Shown: positions 14,434 to 28,804, counted from the stretch's first letter. The stretch: DNA of 64,000 bases from Lingula anatina (GCA_051362555.1 CM120640.1:60180788-60244787); one strand, 5' to 3'. Numbers and translations: made by a program. Notes: generated by a model not told the origin, from the sequence alone.

Positions 14434-17400
14434 TCAGTCTTCTAAGGACACTTGCTTGCTCTGCATGTCTCGGATCATGAGACATGCAAATACGGTCATT
14501 ACCATCTTTGGCTTGACTTCCATGATGTCTTCTGGTAAGGCATAAACTTTGGCTCCAATCTTACGTGCCATTGAGACGGCATATTTAGCATTTGCAAGCT
14601 TCTCCTGGTGAAAAAGTTTAACTTTGTTAGCGCTAGTTTTTTCACTGGATTCCACCTTGTATATAATGTTGACACAACCCTTCATGAAACAAATTATTTT
14701 TCAAGGGTAACTTCAAAGATTATTCATATTACAATCCTTATAATCATGATACTATTAATCTTTGAAGTTATTTCTGAAAACTATTTAGACTTGTATTACA
14801 ATGTACAGTTCAAATAATCTCATTCCATGTGTGCAAACATACTTGCGAGTGTGTTTGTTAATAGATCTATTCAAAAGATCATCTAAAATCAAACATTTTC
14901 CATCACTTACTTCATCTGATGCTCCATCTTTAACCAAGTTATACTTGATAGAGCCTGGCTTGATGGCATCCACCAGATCAATAACGACCTTCGCATCAGC
15001 TATGGTTGGATCTTGAAAACTAGCAATCTGGGTTGGTTTTTTTGCTGCTGACAGCTATAAACAATGAAATAAAAGGCATTAGAACTGTACCATGTAAAAT
15101 CAAGAATTCCACATCCTTAAGGGCACTCTGTCAGACTGGGAAAATGGAAGAAACCATCAAAAGCAGGAATGAAAACATGAATGTTGATAAAAAACTTATA
15201 AATAGTTTGTTTTCATCCTTGCTAAACAAAACGTTTTGTGAAAGACCTGTTTTTAAACATTTTATACAAGATCCTGCTAAAATTCCATCCATGTAAATAA
15301 TGTATCTCACCACTCACTGTAACCATATATATGCCTGTCATACAAGGCTGTCAAGTATTTTACCTTTTCATTGGCCCATTGTACTATCTCTGTCTCAGCA
15401 ACAGCTTTCCCCTCTTTCCCATCAGATTTTTCACTGAGCTGAGCCAGAATACTGAGGGTGTAAGCTCTCATCAGTTGCCAAACCAGCGCCAGGGTGAGGG
15501 TCTCATTGCCTTCGTGGATGTTAGTACCCCCAATGCCAACCAAGGAAAATTTCATCTGCTTGCCAAGGTCCACTGCATAGTTGCAGTTCTCTGAATGCAT
15601 TGTAGAATGAACAATTAATTGGAACTGACAACAGGCATGTACAGTTTTTTCAATTTGTACTTTCTCTTCTATATGTAGTTTCAGTGCAGGCTATGAATAT
15701 GTCATTTCACTAAATCAGTTTCCCTGAATTTAATTCCTTGGGAATTATATTATCATTTTAATGCAAAGATAAACAAAATCATAAGGGAAATTCAAGAGAG
15801 TATCAATGATCAAAATAAGAAAACAAATGAGGCAATAACAGTACTTTCATTCAAATATTGATATAAATTTAGATTACCTATTTTCTGAAAGTTCATTCTA
15901 AGCTTCTTGAAGACTTTTGTCACCTTGTTCCAATCCACAATACCAGGTTTGATCTTGTCATACAGCTGGAACAACACAAGGGCATCCCTCAGGTCACTGT
16001 ACAGGTGGTTTACAAAAGGATTCACACCCATACTGTTCATCCAATTGCGGTAGGCTGGAAAATGGTTAAATTTACATCAAGAACTATTTCTTTTCTTATT
16101 CTTGTTCATAAAAGGGACTATGTAAAAATTCAACTAGTACTTACTTGAAACCAAAAAAATCATTCATATATTTAAATTTTTTGAAAGCACACTGATATTA
16201 TCTTGACACAAATTTTACAACAATATGAAGAATAATACTTACTTTTTTCTTCTCTAGTTTCCTCTATTACTTCAAACTCCTTATCCGTGGGAGGTTCCAG
16301 GGCAGGGTAGGTATTGAACAGATTGGCAACAAAAGCCAGGTTAAGTTTGTAATTGCCACTGACCACATCTTTGGCTGACACAAATGACTTACAGTTGATC
16401 TTGTCAGCTTCATCCAACATCAGCTCTGCACGCTGTGTGTCATTAGGCTCCTAAAGGACACATTACAACATTCACACCAATATTCAAGTTAACATGAATT
16501 TGAGATTGGGCTTCTATATTTTCTTAGAATTACAAAACTTAAATTCTGATCTCACAAACATAGGACAATGCAAACACCTACTATATGTATAACCACCGAT
16601 ATAAATAATTAGTTGAAAGTGACTGACATGGGCGTAACTAGGCATACGCACGGATGCACTGTGCGTACAATTTTTTGAGCCAATCATGATATTATTCTCT
16701 ATAAATTTAGTGTATTTTTCACGAAAAATAATCGAAAATCCTCTTCGATTGCAGGTTAGAGTCACCTGAATGTACAAATCTTCTGTATGAATCGTATAAG
16801 CACCATTGTTCTGACGCCCCCCGTCTCGTTTGCTTTCACAGAACTGAGGTAAATAAACAATACTAGCTACCTCCAGAAGTCCTATCTTAATCGTCCATCT
16901 AGCTGGAACTTCCTTTGCCTCTTAATTGGAGGTTTGAATGCCCTTCAACTCTCAGGTAGCCTTTGTCTTAAGTGTCGAATGCACACTCGCTGGCGAGATT
17001 TATCTCAGATAAAAATCTACCTGTGTTATTTTCAAAGAGCAGTTCCAGCAGACCTGGGGACACTAGATAAAATCTGGACAACGGGCTTTATAAGGAGCCA
17101 GAGAAACAAAAAAATATTTCCTGCAAAGCTCTAAAGAATTTTGACACGGACTTGACCCAGCTTAACCCTCTAAACTAACAGGATGATATGGGCAATTTTC
17201 ACAAACAAACAGAGCTTTATCCTGTAATATAATTGTTTGATTTTGGATGATACCATATATAAGTTCAACTTTTAGAAGATTCATCATTAAGCTGACCATG
17301 CAGGGCCGTAGCCTGAGCAAAATGCCAGGGGAGGGGGGGGGCAGTAAGCGGACACGAGGGGGAGAAGCCCCCGAGGGGGGAAGGGGTGCCTCCCTCCCAC

Positions 17401-19742
17401 GGTGTGGAAAATTTTCAAAAACTTAATGTATAATACTGCATTCTGGTGCATTTTAAATGTTATTTATTGGTCAATCGGTCAATCAGAATTCAGAAATTGT
17501 GGGTTCATTTTGCCATAAGTACAGTCATTTTTTCAACACAACACGGAGGATGAGCTTTTTGGCATAAACTGAGTTGGCTAAAAACAGTACACCTTTGTAA
17601 ACAGATTATTGAATGATTGTCTAGTGGCCATGAGTGCCTTTTCTCACAGAATTAATACCAACTTTGCAATTATTTTTTTTTACCTTTGCGATCATTTTTT
17701 TGGCACCCCAATTTCCAGGGGGGGGGGGCAGCTGCCCCCCCCTGCCCCCCCGGAGGCTACGGCCCTGCCATGGATAGCAAGAAGGTGTAAGAATCCTACA
17801 ACGATCAACTGTTCTTAAGATTATTTTCTGACAAATTTAGAAGGCTGGATGGCTTACGATTAAAAAAGTCTTGACTTGTCGGGGTAGCTGTGGACGTCGT
17901 ATGAAAATCCATTGCAGTAATTTGACGTATGAATATTATACTACTTTGTAGTGCACGCTGTTTTTCAGTCACGACGTAACTACTACCTAAAGCTTACAAA
18001 ACACAATAAAATGTTTCCATTGACTTTAAAATATATAATGCAGAAGTGACAAGAATCATCTACATTCGGTACAAAACACGTGTAGGCCCTAAATGAAATA
18101 TGACCTAACTTGCCGCCAAATTATGAAAGGGGACACCTTTCGGATCTTTATACGTATGGCACCTGACAAAGCTAATACATAACAAAGGCAATTTTTATAT
18201 CTTCGGCGAGAGATTGTTCGCAATCCGAAAGAGACGAGAAGGCAATTTTCATATTTGTTCAAGAGACTTCGTTAACCGAGGATCGGGAACAAGAGATAGT
18301 TACCGACCGCAGCGAGATGAGAAGCCAATTTTCGTATCTTCAGCAGGAGATCGAGCATGATCTGAGCGAAAAGAGAAAGCAATTTTCACATTCGTTCAAT
18401 GGACTTCGTTCGCAGAAGATCGTCAGCCAGAGATCGTTCGCGATCCGAGCGAGACGAGAAGGCAATTTTTATATTCATACAAGGGCGTTCTTTCGTGGAA
18501 GAGCGTGACGGGAGATCGGTATCAATTATTTTTAACCCTCTTTCCCAATGAAATTTATTATTAAAAAAAAGATTCCATTAATTTTTACCCCACTTTTGGA
18601 AAAGTTTGAGGCCCTGACATTTTGAAGTAAGATACAGATGGCAATTATGTATGGCCTGTACCCCAATCCCGGAAAATGCGTTGGTTCTGGGTGAAATAAT
18701 TTACTGGAACTTAATTATATTGAGGGAATATTTTAAACTTTAAGTAATTATTTTATAAACGGTGAAAACTAAGCTATTATATTTGGCACATATAATTTAA
18801 ACTGCCCTTCATCTTTTGCGTAAGTCGATCTACATTTAGCTATGCCTGGGAATTTTAAAATTCTGTGCGTACAATTTTAAAAGGTCTGGTTACGCCCCTG
18901 ACTGAGCAAGCTATACAATCAACTTACTTGTAATGCATTTGTGTGGACTCCTTTTTCAGGGGGTGCAATTTGGCCCAGCAAATGAATGTAAGCCACAGAG
19001 TCCTGGAATTCGAGAAGAAATGTTTCATGGAAATGATAAGATCTTTTTCTGTGTAAACAACCAAGCTGTCTATATTTTATCTAATGCATAAGTGTTTTCA
19101 TGATGGAAAAAACTCTCAGAAAAACTTACCTTGATGTCTGAAGTGAAGTTGGAAATTTGACGTCCACAATTTGCATTGCGCAGATGATAGTTGACCCAGC
19201 GTATCAGGATGGCCTCTGGTGATAACTTCATCAAATCTTCTATGGTTTCATCTTCTTCCAACAGAAGAACCAGTCCAGGGAAGTTCTGCAGATTGATGTC
19301 ACTCAGGAGACCAATCTGGAACAAAGGGCAAACAAGTTTAAATATATTTCTTTCAGAGATGCAGTGCTTTGATAAAGTGCCAAAATGAATGGATTTGTCC
19401 CAAATACATTAATATAGTGGACAGATGGTACATCCTATTAATAAATAACAGGTTGAATTTGTACGTCTGACAGTAGTTTACCATATACATGTAAAATGAT
19501 TTTTCTGCTCACTCTAATAACTTGCCACAGCAACCCCAGCAACAAGTGTGGTTTTCCTTTGTCAATATCTTCAGCTCCAATGTTTACAATGTTACAGCCA
19601 ATGGAAGAAGCTGAGTTGAGAGCCAGCATCAAGTTTTCATGTCTCTTGTAGACGTTCAGGTTCTCCTTGTTGATAGCCCGTTCATCAATGGTGTCAGGCA
19701 CAGAAAGATTGATCATTTTACTAAAATTACAATACATTACAA

Positions 19743-19811
<69 letters not shown>

Positions 19812-22800
19812 GTTTTAGGGAATCTTTAGCTGCCACTATAAATAGTTAACTATACACCATCCTCTTAGAAAAACAGAAAAATACAATAACAAAGATTGTC
19901 AAAAAGATATTTACACATTGTTCCTTTTTTCTACTTTTTAAAATGAGAAACCTTTTGGACTCGATCTCCCTTTTTACTAGACAAAACCTACTAGTGAATT
20001 TAAAGTAATAATACTGTCTGCGTATTTGAGCACAACAAACACTGAAAATATTTGGATTAGCATCAGAGTGAAGCTAAAAAATATGGTGTCAGCTCTCTTC
20101 TTTACTAAATGCATACAAAAATGAAATGTTTCCTCACCACAACAGTATCCCATCTTTACATTTCTCGTAGAGATCTTTGCCATCTTCTTGAAGAGGCAGG
20201 TACTTAGCACATTCCTTATCACTGGTCAAACCCCTGAAATCATATTGGTTCCGACCTGTTAAAATTCTGGATCATCAAAATAAAATGATAATTTATCTTT
20301 GATGAAGCAACAATACTACATTTCAGACACATCATTGTTCTTCAGATTCCAGTTGTCTTAAAAGGCAAAAACTTCTTCTTATCCATTTTTTGCTCAATCA
20401 TCAGCCTATAAAGCTGCTGGTAATTACCTTCAGCTGAAATTAATTATTATAAATTCCTGTATGGCAACTTGAATTAGAAAAATTATTTGAAAATATGGTA
20501 AAAGAGCTTTGAAAAAATCTTTTCTTCAAAAAGCCAAATACACAAGGAAAGATTTCCATCCAAGTAAGGGGTGAGCTGGGTATAATAACCTTGTGCTCTA
20601 GCATTCTACCTGTTAATCCAGTTAGAGAAAGCTATCTGTTCTTCAATCCGGACAGAGTGTGTTGTTCCTTCACTGGATGCTTCTGTCATACCACCATGTG
20701 TCTCTAAGCCTGATCTCTTGGTTACCAACTTCTTAAACTTGCGTCCCAGATCTCTGTACTCAGTCAGGTCAGCACACAACTTCAGAACAATCAATATAGC
20801 AAGTATTACATAATATATATATAAATCAAGTTAATTCACATTTCAAATTGTGTATTTATAGTTTGGTGACAGAAGTTAAGAAATAAATTACCATTAATAG
20901 TAATACTTTCTTATACATGTAGTGTACATGCATTAGGATCAAAAACAGACCTTATAAATGGAGTAGGTGTTTACTAACACTACCTGCAGATCTTTTAGCA
21001 CCAACACCCATATTAACCACTAAACCCACAAATTAACCAGCACACCGTAAAATTATTCCAGAGCGGATGAATGTTAGTGCTAGGAATCACTCTGGTAGTG
21101 GTAAATACTTTTATGGTGTGTTGTTTAATTCATGGGTTGAGTGATTAATAGGAGCCTTAGTGCTTAAAGATCTGTGGGTAGTGTTAGTAATAAGGTCTGA
21201 AAAACAAAAGGAAATTCCACACCATTTTTCCACTCTGGCTATAATGTCCTCATTTGGAAATCTTTTTGCCACTTCTACTTGTAATTTTGATTGAGACTTA
21301 AACAGGGGTATTATTGTTTTTTAACTGAACATCAAAAAATGATGTGGGAGGGGGGGCACTAGTAAAAAGGCCTTAAATTTCATACACATGAAATAAAATA
21401 CTCATTTGGGGGAAAATGATCATCTGTATGACCTGGTGACACTCCCTGTGTTTACTACCCACCTTTTTAAATTCGTTATAATCCAATTTGCCATCTTTGT
21501 TTTCCCGGTCATATTTATCCCTCAGTTCACGAATTTCATGGCCTGGCAATTTGAAGCCAACGGTCTCCAGGGCAAACTGTAGCTCATCCAGGCTAATATA
21601 TCCACTGCCATCAGCATCAATCTGAAATTAGAACCAGAATATTAACATTTAGTCATCTTTTTGCAAGTTATCTACAAAATAATATTCACCATTCCTTATG
21701 GTGTTAAATACCATTTTAGCAAAATTTTCTAATGTTCAATGTGTATGTATGTCCACAAATGTCCTTGTTCTACCTTGCCATCTTGAAACTGCATTTGATG
21801 AAGAAAGGTATAAATGTCAGTCATTAAAAATTTTTTTATGGTCTGGTTAGAATAATAAATGTATAGAGTGAGGTGATCTTTTGTTATCCTGACTGTCCCC
21901 AGCTATATATGCGGTGTTGCAAGAAACTCCTTCTGTGACCACCAGATGGCAGTGCAGCTGCTACAATAAGGGATATTACAACAATTTAAAGACTGCCCAA
22001 AAGATTAATACATGTACAGATGCTGAGGAAATTTCACTTTCATGACATACCTGAAAGAAATGGAACAGCTTTTCCTATCTTTCAGCCCCATATCACACAA
22101 TCTTATCTCTGCATCTCTTTTGAACAAAATCACACAAAGTGTATCACACAAAGTATGACACAGGACAAGGGATTTTGCTCAAAACACAAGGAAGTGTCAG
22201 GTCCTAGTGAGCAGCCGACTTTATTACCTTATATGGAATATTTAGATGACCTACTGTAGTTGGCAAATGTCCCCCTTCTTCTCCAGCATTTATAATGAAT
22301 TGGGCATAGTTCAATGAGATACCAAACAGCATCTCTTATCCAAATGTTGACAAAGAATGCTTTATGTCACCTTTTTGTTTAAATCCTATTTCTATCTTAT
22401 GTACATGTAGCTATTTATTAATAAATTAGGACATCTCTTTGAAGTACATGTAAAAATTCAAAACAAGTAATGCAGGTGCTTAGGCTACTAATTATTTGTA
22501 ACACATGCCTGCTCTGTATGTTTACCCATCACGATACGCTTTTTATACTCCTGATCAGGCATATATATGAACTTATGTTGATACTAAGACATGAGTAGTT
22601 TACTGATGTATCTCTTTGATATTCAGAATGCATAAACATCACACGACAGAAGCAATTAAGCTCCATGCATGCAAACTCTCACTGCCTTGGAATTTGTTGC
22701 CCAACTCATAAATAAATAAATATAGTTCACCTGGAGTTGCAAAAATACTATCATAAACAGTCAGAACATACCTAAAGACATTTGCACTGAGCACTTATTC

Positions 22801-25800
22801 ATGTTATTCATTCATCCTTCATGACTCCTGTAATAAAGATATTCTGTGAGACCTCAAGGTGTCACTATATTTAAAAGTTTAAGTTTACATGTAACTGTCT
22901 AACAAATTGTTGGTATCTCTTGATATTTTCAACATTTCTTTTACTCACTTACTTTTTCTTCGCTTTTGATACACTAAACATATATTATTTTTATCTGAAT
23001 TTCTTGACATAAAATAAATCAGAAATGAAATCAGGTCTCTTTTGATCATGTTTCATATTTCATATCATCCTGGTAGATAAATATAAGCAGAGGTCATAGT
23101 TTTGTCTAATCTCATCCGTCCCACACACTGTATTGATCAGGTAATCACTATGCAAACACTTACTGAACTCTGCAAATATTGCATAAAACCAGATCAGCAT
23201 ATTATCTGTTCAAACTAAAAACTCAATATTATATGCTGTATGGAACAAAGGGCCTCCTTGACAACTGGTTCTGAATTGAAGAGGAGGAGGATAACCTACC
23301 ACGCCCCAGTAGTAAGGTCATCAAGTTTTATCTCATCAAGGAATATGGCAGATAAGTTTTTGGGCATTAGTCCTTTGGCAAGTGCTCTCCTAGAAACATT
23401 ATTACACCCCCAACCCCCCAAAAATAAACTGAAACTGAAATTCACTTGCACTTCCAACCAATCCTCTCCCCCCCCCCCCCAAAAAAAAAAAAAAACTTTC
23501 TTCTTTTAATTTCAGACGACTATATCAAGAAAAGTCAATGTACACTCCAGCAACTATATCAGCATATATACCAGTGCTTGCCCAATGACGCCATTCACGT
23601 CCTGAACAATTAGAAAAGCTACTGGTACAGTATATTGTAAACCCCTCTTCATGTTCAAAATAAGTAAAAAACTGTCACCTGTCACTATTTATTTTACCTC
23701 AAAACATAGTTTAATTGGCAATATTCATTGTGTTTATTAAGGGCCTAAAAAAATAACTGTGTTTCTGGTTATATGCCTAAAAAGTTAGGATGGGTACCAG
23801 TAGGTAAGGAATTTTTATTATTATTATGGTTATAATCAAGTATGCTCAAGTGTTTTTAATGATGTCCTATTGCAAAACAATTCTCTGAAAACAAGTAAAT
23901 TGAACTAAATTATTTATATACTGTAGAGTATGATGTATTGCATGCAAGTTGAAGTGTAATATGCAATATCCTCCATTTTAATTAAATGCTTCTGGTACTT
24001 TTGGTTTTAGTTTAATCTGCCATGCTTCAAACCACTATACTAATCTATAACTGCACCTTCCTAATACAATACAATACAATACAATACAATACAATACAAT
24101 ACAAATACAATACAATACAATACAATACAATACAATACAATACAGTACAGTACAGTACAGTACAGTACAATACAATACAATACAATACAATACAATACAA
24201 TATAATATAATATGTCTGTTTTGCTTCTGTTTGTAGTGCATGCCTGGTAAATGGCTTTGGTTAAACCTTCATATGAAAACTAAGTGGTATCTTGCGAACC
24301 CTGTGCGAACTGTAAGCCCCCTTAGCAAGTAAATGTCGAACTATCTGATCAAAATAATACTGCTATTTTTCAATGATTTTTTTTATCAATTTTCTGTTAT
24401 TTTCAATAAAAACATTAGGGTCAGAGGGTATAGGCTAGGTAGTGTTTTGAAACTGAAAACACTGGTATTTTTTTCTTAGGTCTAGTTCTTTTCTGCCTCA
24501 CTATATGCAATCTTAGATATTGCACATCATTTTTGTGTTTATAATATCAAGAAAAATACATGTGAATATAGTACACCATTTTTTACTTATTTTCCCCTCA
24601 TTAAGTCACCAGATGCCAGTTACTTCCCCTTTCAAATACACAGGCGTAGTCACTGTCTGAATTTCAGAACAGATGCCTGGCATCACAAGTGACAGGCTGC
24701 AAGCTCTGCCCTCACATAGCTGGTAAGGGCGGGCTTGAGCAAATGTTGACCATTGGTTGAAAGACACTCTGCCCACCAACCCCTTTACTGTCTTATCTGA
24801 GGTCTTAGCATCTCAGAGTGTTGACAAACTAGGTGGTTACTTAGTTGCCAAGTGCTTAGTGCCCTGCTGAGATATATAATATATACAATCTCTACCCGCT
24901 TACTTTTGAGACTTTTGACACACCTTTTGTATTGAGCAGTATCTGAATGAGTGAGCACCAATATCAGGTACTTGTAAATGTATTGTTGTTTTTCATCTGT
25001 TCCCACAGGTAAGCCAAAGAATGTGCAGTCTGCTTCCTGGTTGACAGACATAAAATGTCTATGAAATTATACTTCCTTTTTAAGTCTTTTACCAAAATAA
25101 ATTATTGTTATTCAGTTTCACTTTATTTGATGGGAAAATAGTCCTCATAATCACTTACCATCTTTTTACATACAATATATACAATGCAAACATCACAAGT
25201 TTCTTTTTTTTGTTACAATCAGGCAAGCAACTTCAAAACTACTTCAATAAAACTGATACAGTTTGAGCATATTAAATTCATCATTTATTAAGTTCTTCTG
25301 TAACCTGAAATAGTCCTCTCTCTATCATCATTAACAGATCTTATTTCAAAATTAGAAATATAATCAGGAAAATGTGGAAAGACAAAAGGACAATGACTAG
25401 TAATCACTATCACTAAATTGAAACTAAAAGCAGAAGTGATATTAACCTGTGATTGGAGTGTGATAACCAAAGGCAATTACTTTGATCTAATGCCAGCAGT
25501 AAGTTGCATGCCAAGCTGTTGTCATACACTGAGGCCAATTCCCTGTAAGGCAATACACTTGATACAGATTTTTTTTCTTGGTACAGATTTTTTTTCCAAA
25601 ATGTTTCCTTTCACATTCAAGGTTCTTTTTTAATTAATTAATTCTGTATTGCCATACTGCTGTGTAACTTTGTTCTGTACTCTAAACACTTCCACTCTTC
25701 TTTATATTTTTTATTGAATTGGATATAAATGGTTTCAAAAACTAGTCTGACATCCTGATGCTTTTAAATATTTGACTCAAACAACAAAAGATTAATCAGC

Positions 25801-25912
25801 TGTGTTTACAAAAGAAGTCACAAGATGTTCACGTTTCATTGAATATATTAAAATCAGTCAGCTGGTCTTAGTCTGCCAGTGAATCACAATCTTGTCCAAC
25901 CTCAGACAACCC

Positions 25913-25943
<31 letters not shown>

Positions 25944-25950
25944 CCTCTCT

Positions 25951-26004
<54 letters not shown>

Positions 26005-26640
26005 AGAGAGAGATAGAGAGCCAGAGAGAGTGGGCCTAGGATGGAAATATTGACCATTTTCATCTGACCTATCAGTGAATCACTTGCTGAAAAGAGCACA
26101 GGAAGCCCTCCTAATGCCAAGTATGGCAATAATAGCACATTCAGCCTAAGGTTAAATATGACTGGTGCCAGTCTTACCAGCCATGACATGACAAATTTTG
26201 TTACTGGACACCATGACAAAGGCCATAAGACAAACCAGACACCTCACTGGTAATCACTTTTACACACTAAAATTTGCTTCACTGAACATGAGCTGCAGGC
26301 AGTTATATCAGTCTACTAATGAAGCCACGATAAATGTTTTGTATTTGGTCAAATTTCAGGTTTTGCCACTGCATCCAAAAATCTACATGGATATTTTAAC
26401 TAAATATTGCATTCTGATAACAGAAATGGACAGATCAATTGCTGTCAAGAAGCAAGTTAATAAAAGAGGACATTTCCACATTTTACTCACAAAATTTTTC
26501 TAATATCAAATCAACCCGGCATTTTGAAATGAGATCTCAAGACATCCCTCTGTGTACAGCACTTGGTTAAAACATGTAACATATTGACAGAATGGCAGGC
26601 AAAAATAGAATATTCAGTGAACATGTACATTGTCTTGTCA

Positions 26641-26680
<40 letters not shown>

Positions 26681-27947
26681 GATTTAGGGGAAATGTGCAG
26701 ATTATATCTTCATGCTCTGTGTATCATCAATGGTACCATGCTTCTACTTCTGTCTTCATACATGTGTTTGTTTGATGAACAAGTAGGCTCGTCCTTAAGG
26801 GCTTATTTTCAAATTTGAACAGGCATTATTGAAAAGCTAAACCTCTCAAATTTTGCATAAAGGTGCAATATCATTTAAAGAATGTGTTGTAAAGTTCAAT
26901 ACAAAAGGTTTTGTAAATTTTAAAATAGAACACTATATATGCTGCAAACCGTAATGTTAAAGCCTTTAAAATCTAACAGAAAACTGTGAGTACACTATGA
27001 TGCCACTGTGATGCTGGGTGATTTTCCAACGAGAAATATTTCGTAGCTTATGCAAATGTTGAAAAAATAACCATGCAGATAATTGAAGATTTAATTATCA
27101 ACTTTTAAACTGTGCAATCAGACAGTTAAAATCATGTATTTCTGACTTTGACTTGTCAGTGTTAACAAGTGTACTGAACAAATTGTAAACAAGCATGTGA
27201 ATGCCATGTTTGATACTTTGTATTAGATGCTTTATTTTACTTGACAAGGCAGTGTTTGTGTAAGGCATGCTGGGCAAAAAAAAAGAAAAAAAACAATAAA
27301 AGGACATACTTCCAGTTTTTGTCCATTCACTGAAGGCTTTGATTTCTTGAAGGGTGAGTCTAAGTTATAATAAAATATTAGGGAAGAAGCAAAAAGAGGA
27401 CCCCTTAATCCCCTCCCTTATACTGCTTTCATCTTGTAACATACTTAAAAAATAAGACTTTTATATATACTTATTAAACATATAACTGATAATCATCTCC
27501 TTCCATTTTTTTTTACATTTGCAGGTTCACTACAACTTGTATTGGTACGAGTATTTGAAAGAAACTTAAAAGGCATACACTTATGTCATTCAAGTTGACC
27601 CAGTGATTCGTTTGACACAAAAAATTCCACACAAACATATGCAAAAATTACATATGTAGCATTATATATAGGAGACAAAATAAATACGATAATACTGAAA
27701 CCGAATAACACTAACTAAACCGGCGTTTCATTCAGAAAAAAATGAATCGTTGAATGAATTAAAAATACAGGAAGTGAATTATGTTCAAGTTCGTTTTGTT
27801 TTTAGTCGTTGTCATGTTGTTAATTCTTAAACATTCACATGCTGATACCTAATTATTTGCTATATCAGTACTTACAGACTGAAATTGACTTTTTAAGTCA
27901 TCCTCTTGGTCTACGGTTAACGCCACACTCTGCCTTATCCCCGCCAT
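14434..27947 (-). CDS. PLS3: Plastin/fimbrin (2 EF-hands plus 4 calponin-homology domains), complete, 12 coding exons
   Basis: Exons 27876-27947, 21463-21621 ([14 protein letters not shown]), 20610-20779 ([22 protein letters not shown]), 20138-20233, 19513-19720 ([17 protein letters not shown]), 19130-19315, 18928-19002, 16243-16450, 15878-16054, 15364-15590, 14911-15054 and 14434-14604 ([38 protein letters not shown]). All GT-AG and phase-consistent. The symbol marks the plastin family; the paralog cannot be resolved. Confidence 0.95.
17301..17767. mobile_element. hAT-like MITE nested inside the previous element
   Basis: TIRs CAGGGCCGTAGCCT / AGGCTACGGCCCTG; TSD CCATG at 17296-17300 and 17768-17772; G/C-run subtermini. 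Confidence 0.85.
18186..18520. repeat. Degenerate CpG-rich tandem repeat inside the hAT-like element
   Basis: About 5 recurrences of aaggcaattttYatat...gagatcgttcgcgatccgagcgagacgag. Confidence 0.7.
19746..19805. repeat. (TA)n microsatellite
   Basis: Directly visible. Confidence 0.95.
20946..21199. mobile_element. Foldback (palindromic) MITE
   Basis: cagaccttat..tactaacactacc..agatcttt.agcac is mirrored by gtgcttaaagatct..ggtagtgttagtaataaggtctg; AAAAA flanks on both sides. Confidence 0.7.
23741..24482. mobile_element. Degenerate TIR element (possibly Kolobok-type, TTAA site) containing a pentamer microsatellite
   Basis: Left end ttaa|gggcctaaaaaaataactgtgtttctggtt; right end aaactgaaaacactggtatttttttcttaggtc. 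Confidence 0.45.
24063..24210. repeat. (ATACA)n/(GTACA)n pentamer microsatellite
   Basis: Directly visible; source of the IQYNT and LYCIV ORFs. Confidence 0.95.
25920..26018. repeat. (CT)n(GT)n(AG)n compound microsatellite
   Basis: Directly visible. Confidence 0.9.
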
Positions 27948-28804
27948 TTTCAGTTCAGTTTACAGGGTGGGACGGACTGCTCACGTGACCTAGGACACGG
28001 AAGTACTGTTGACACAGGTGGCACTTTAGGTGTATTGTTCCAACAAGACGATCTTAAGCTGACGACTTTTACCTTTTAAACTTTGGTGTTGCAGCTGACA
28101 CCTTACTACATTTAATAATGTCCTATCTGGAAGATTAGGGACTTTTATTATCAATGAATGTGAGTCACCTACCTCACGCTGTTGTGCTTTATTTTTGAGT
28201 CATCGCTGTATTTCTGTCAGGTCTCTTCCACAAGAAGATCCGGTTTTACAATTACTTCTTTGAACAGTACGAGTTTAAGTGTTACTTCCTTTGAATCACT
28301 CAACTTTTCGAAAATATTGTAAGGGGATACATGTTGAAAACATCAGATGATTTGACTTCCATTTTTTCATTGTAATAAATTAAGTTTACTGTAAGCGACT
28401 ATGATATGTGCGTTACAAGTTTCTGGAAACAAAATTGAAAATATGCTCTGAAATAACACATTTCATATTTTTCTGAAAAACTAAAAATCGATAGTGGCGA
28501 TAATGTCCACATGATAAAGCTTAAAACGTTGAACATCTACGTCATTTTTTTTTTATTCGGCTTTTCTAGCTGTTTTTAACACGAGCATGCACACACACTA
28601 ACATATACTGTAGGCCTACTGTAGGCCTATATACTTGAGTGTCGAAATTTCAAAATCATGAGGATCAACTAATCAACAAATATGTTGAGGATCAACCTGC
28701 AAATGGTGTCTCCAGTTTTTTTTTTTTTTTTTCCGGAGAGATAAAAGCCCCATTGCACAACCTTGAGGGCGAACCCTGACAAAAAGTACTGTAAATTTTA
28801 GCAA

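Larger units (their letters stand above)
16627..18900. mobile_element. Non-autonomous hAT-like DNA transposon with 5-bp TSD (plastin intron)
   Basis: TIRs CATGGGCGTAACTAG / CTGGTTACGCCCCTG; TSD ACTGA at 16622-16626 and 18901-18905; subterminal motif ctgtgcgtacaatttt near both ends. Confidence 0.75.

Noticed and set aside
24022-24241. IQYNT and LYCIV repeat ORFs
   Set aside because: Translations of a pentamer microsatellite.
26795-27407. Possible TTAA-flanked MITE (ttaagggc..ccccttaa)
   Set aside because: The TIR match is too short to support a call.
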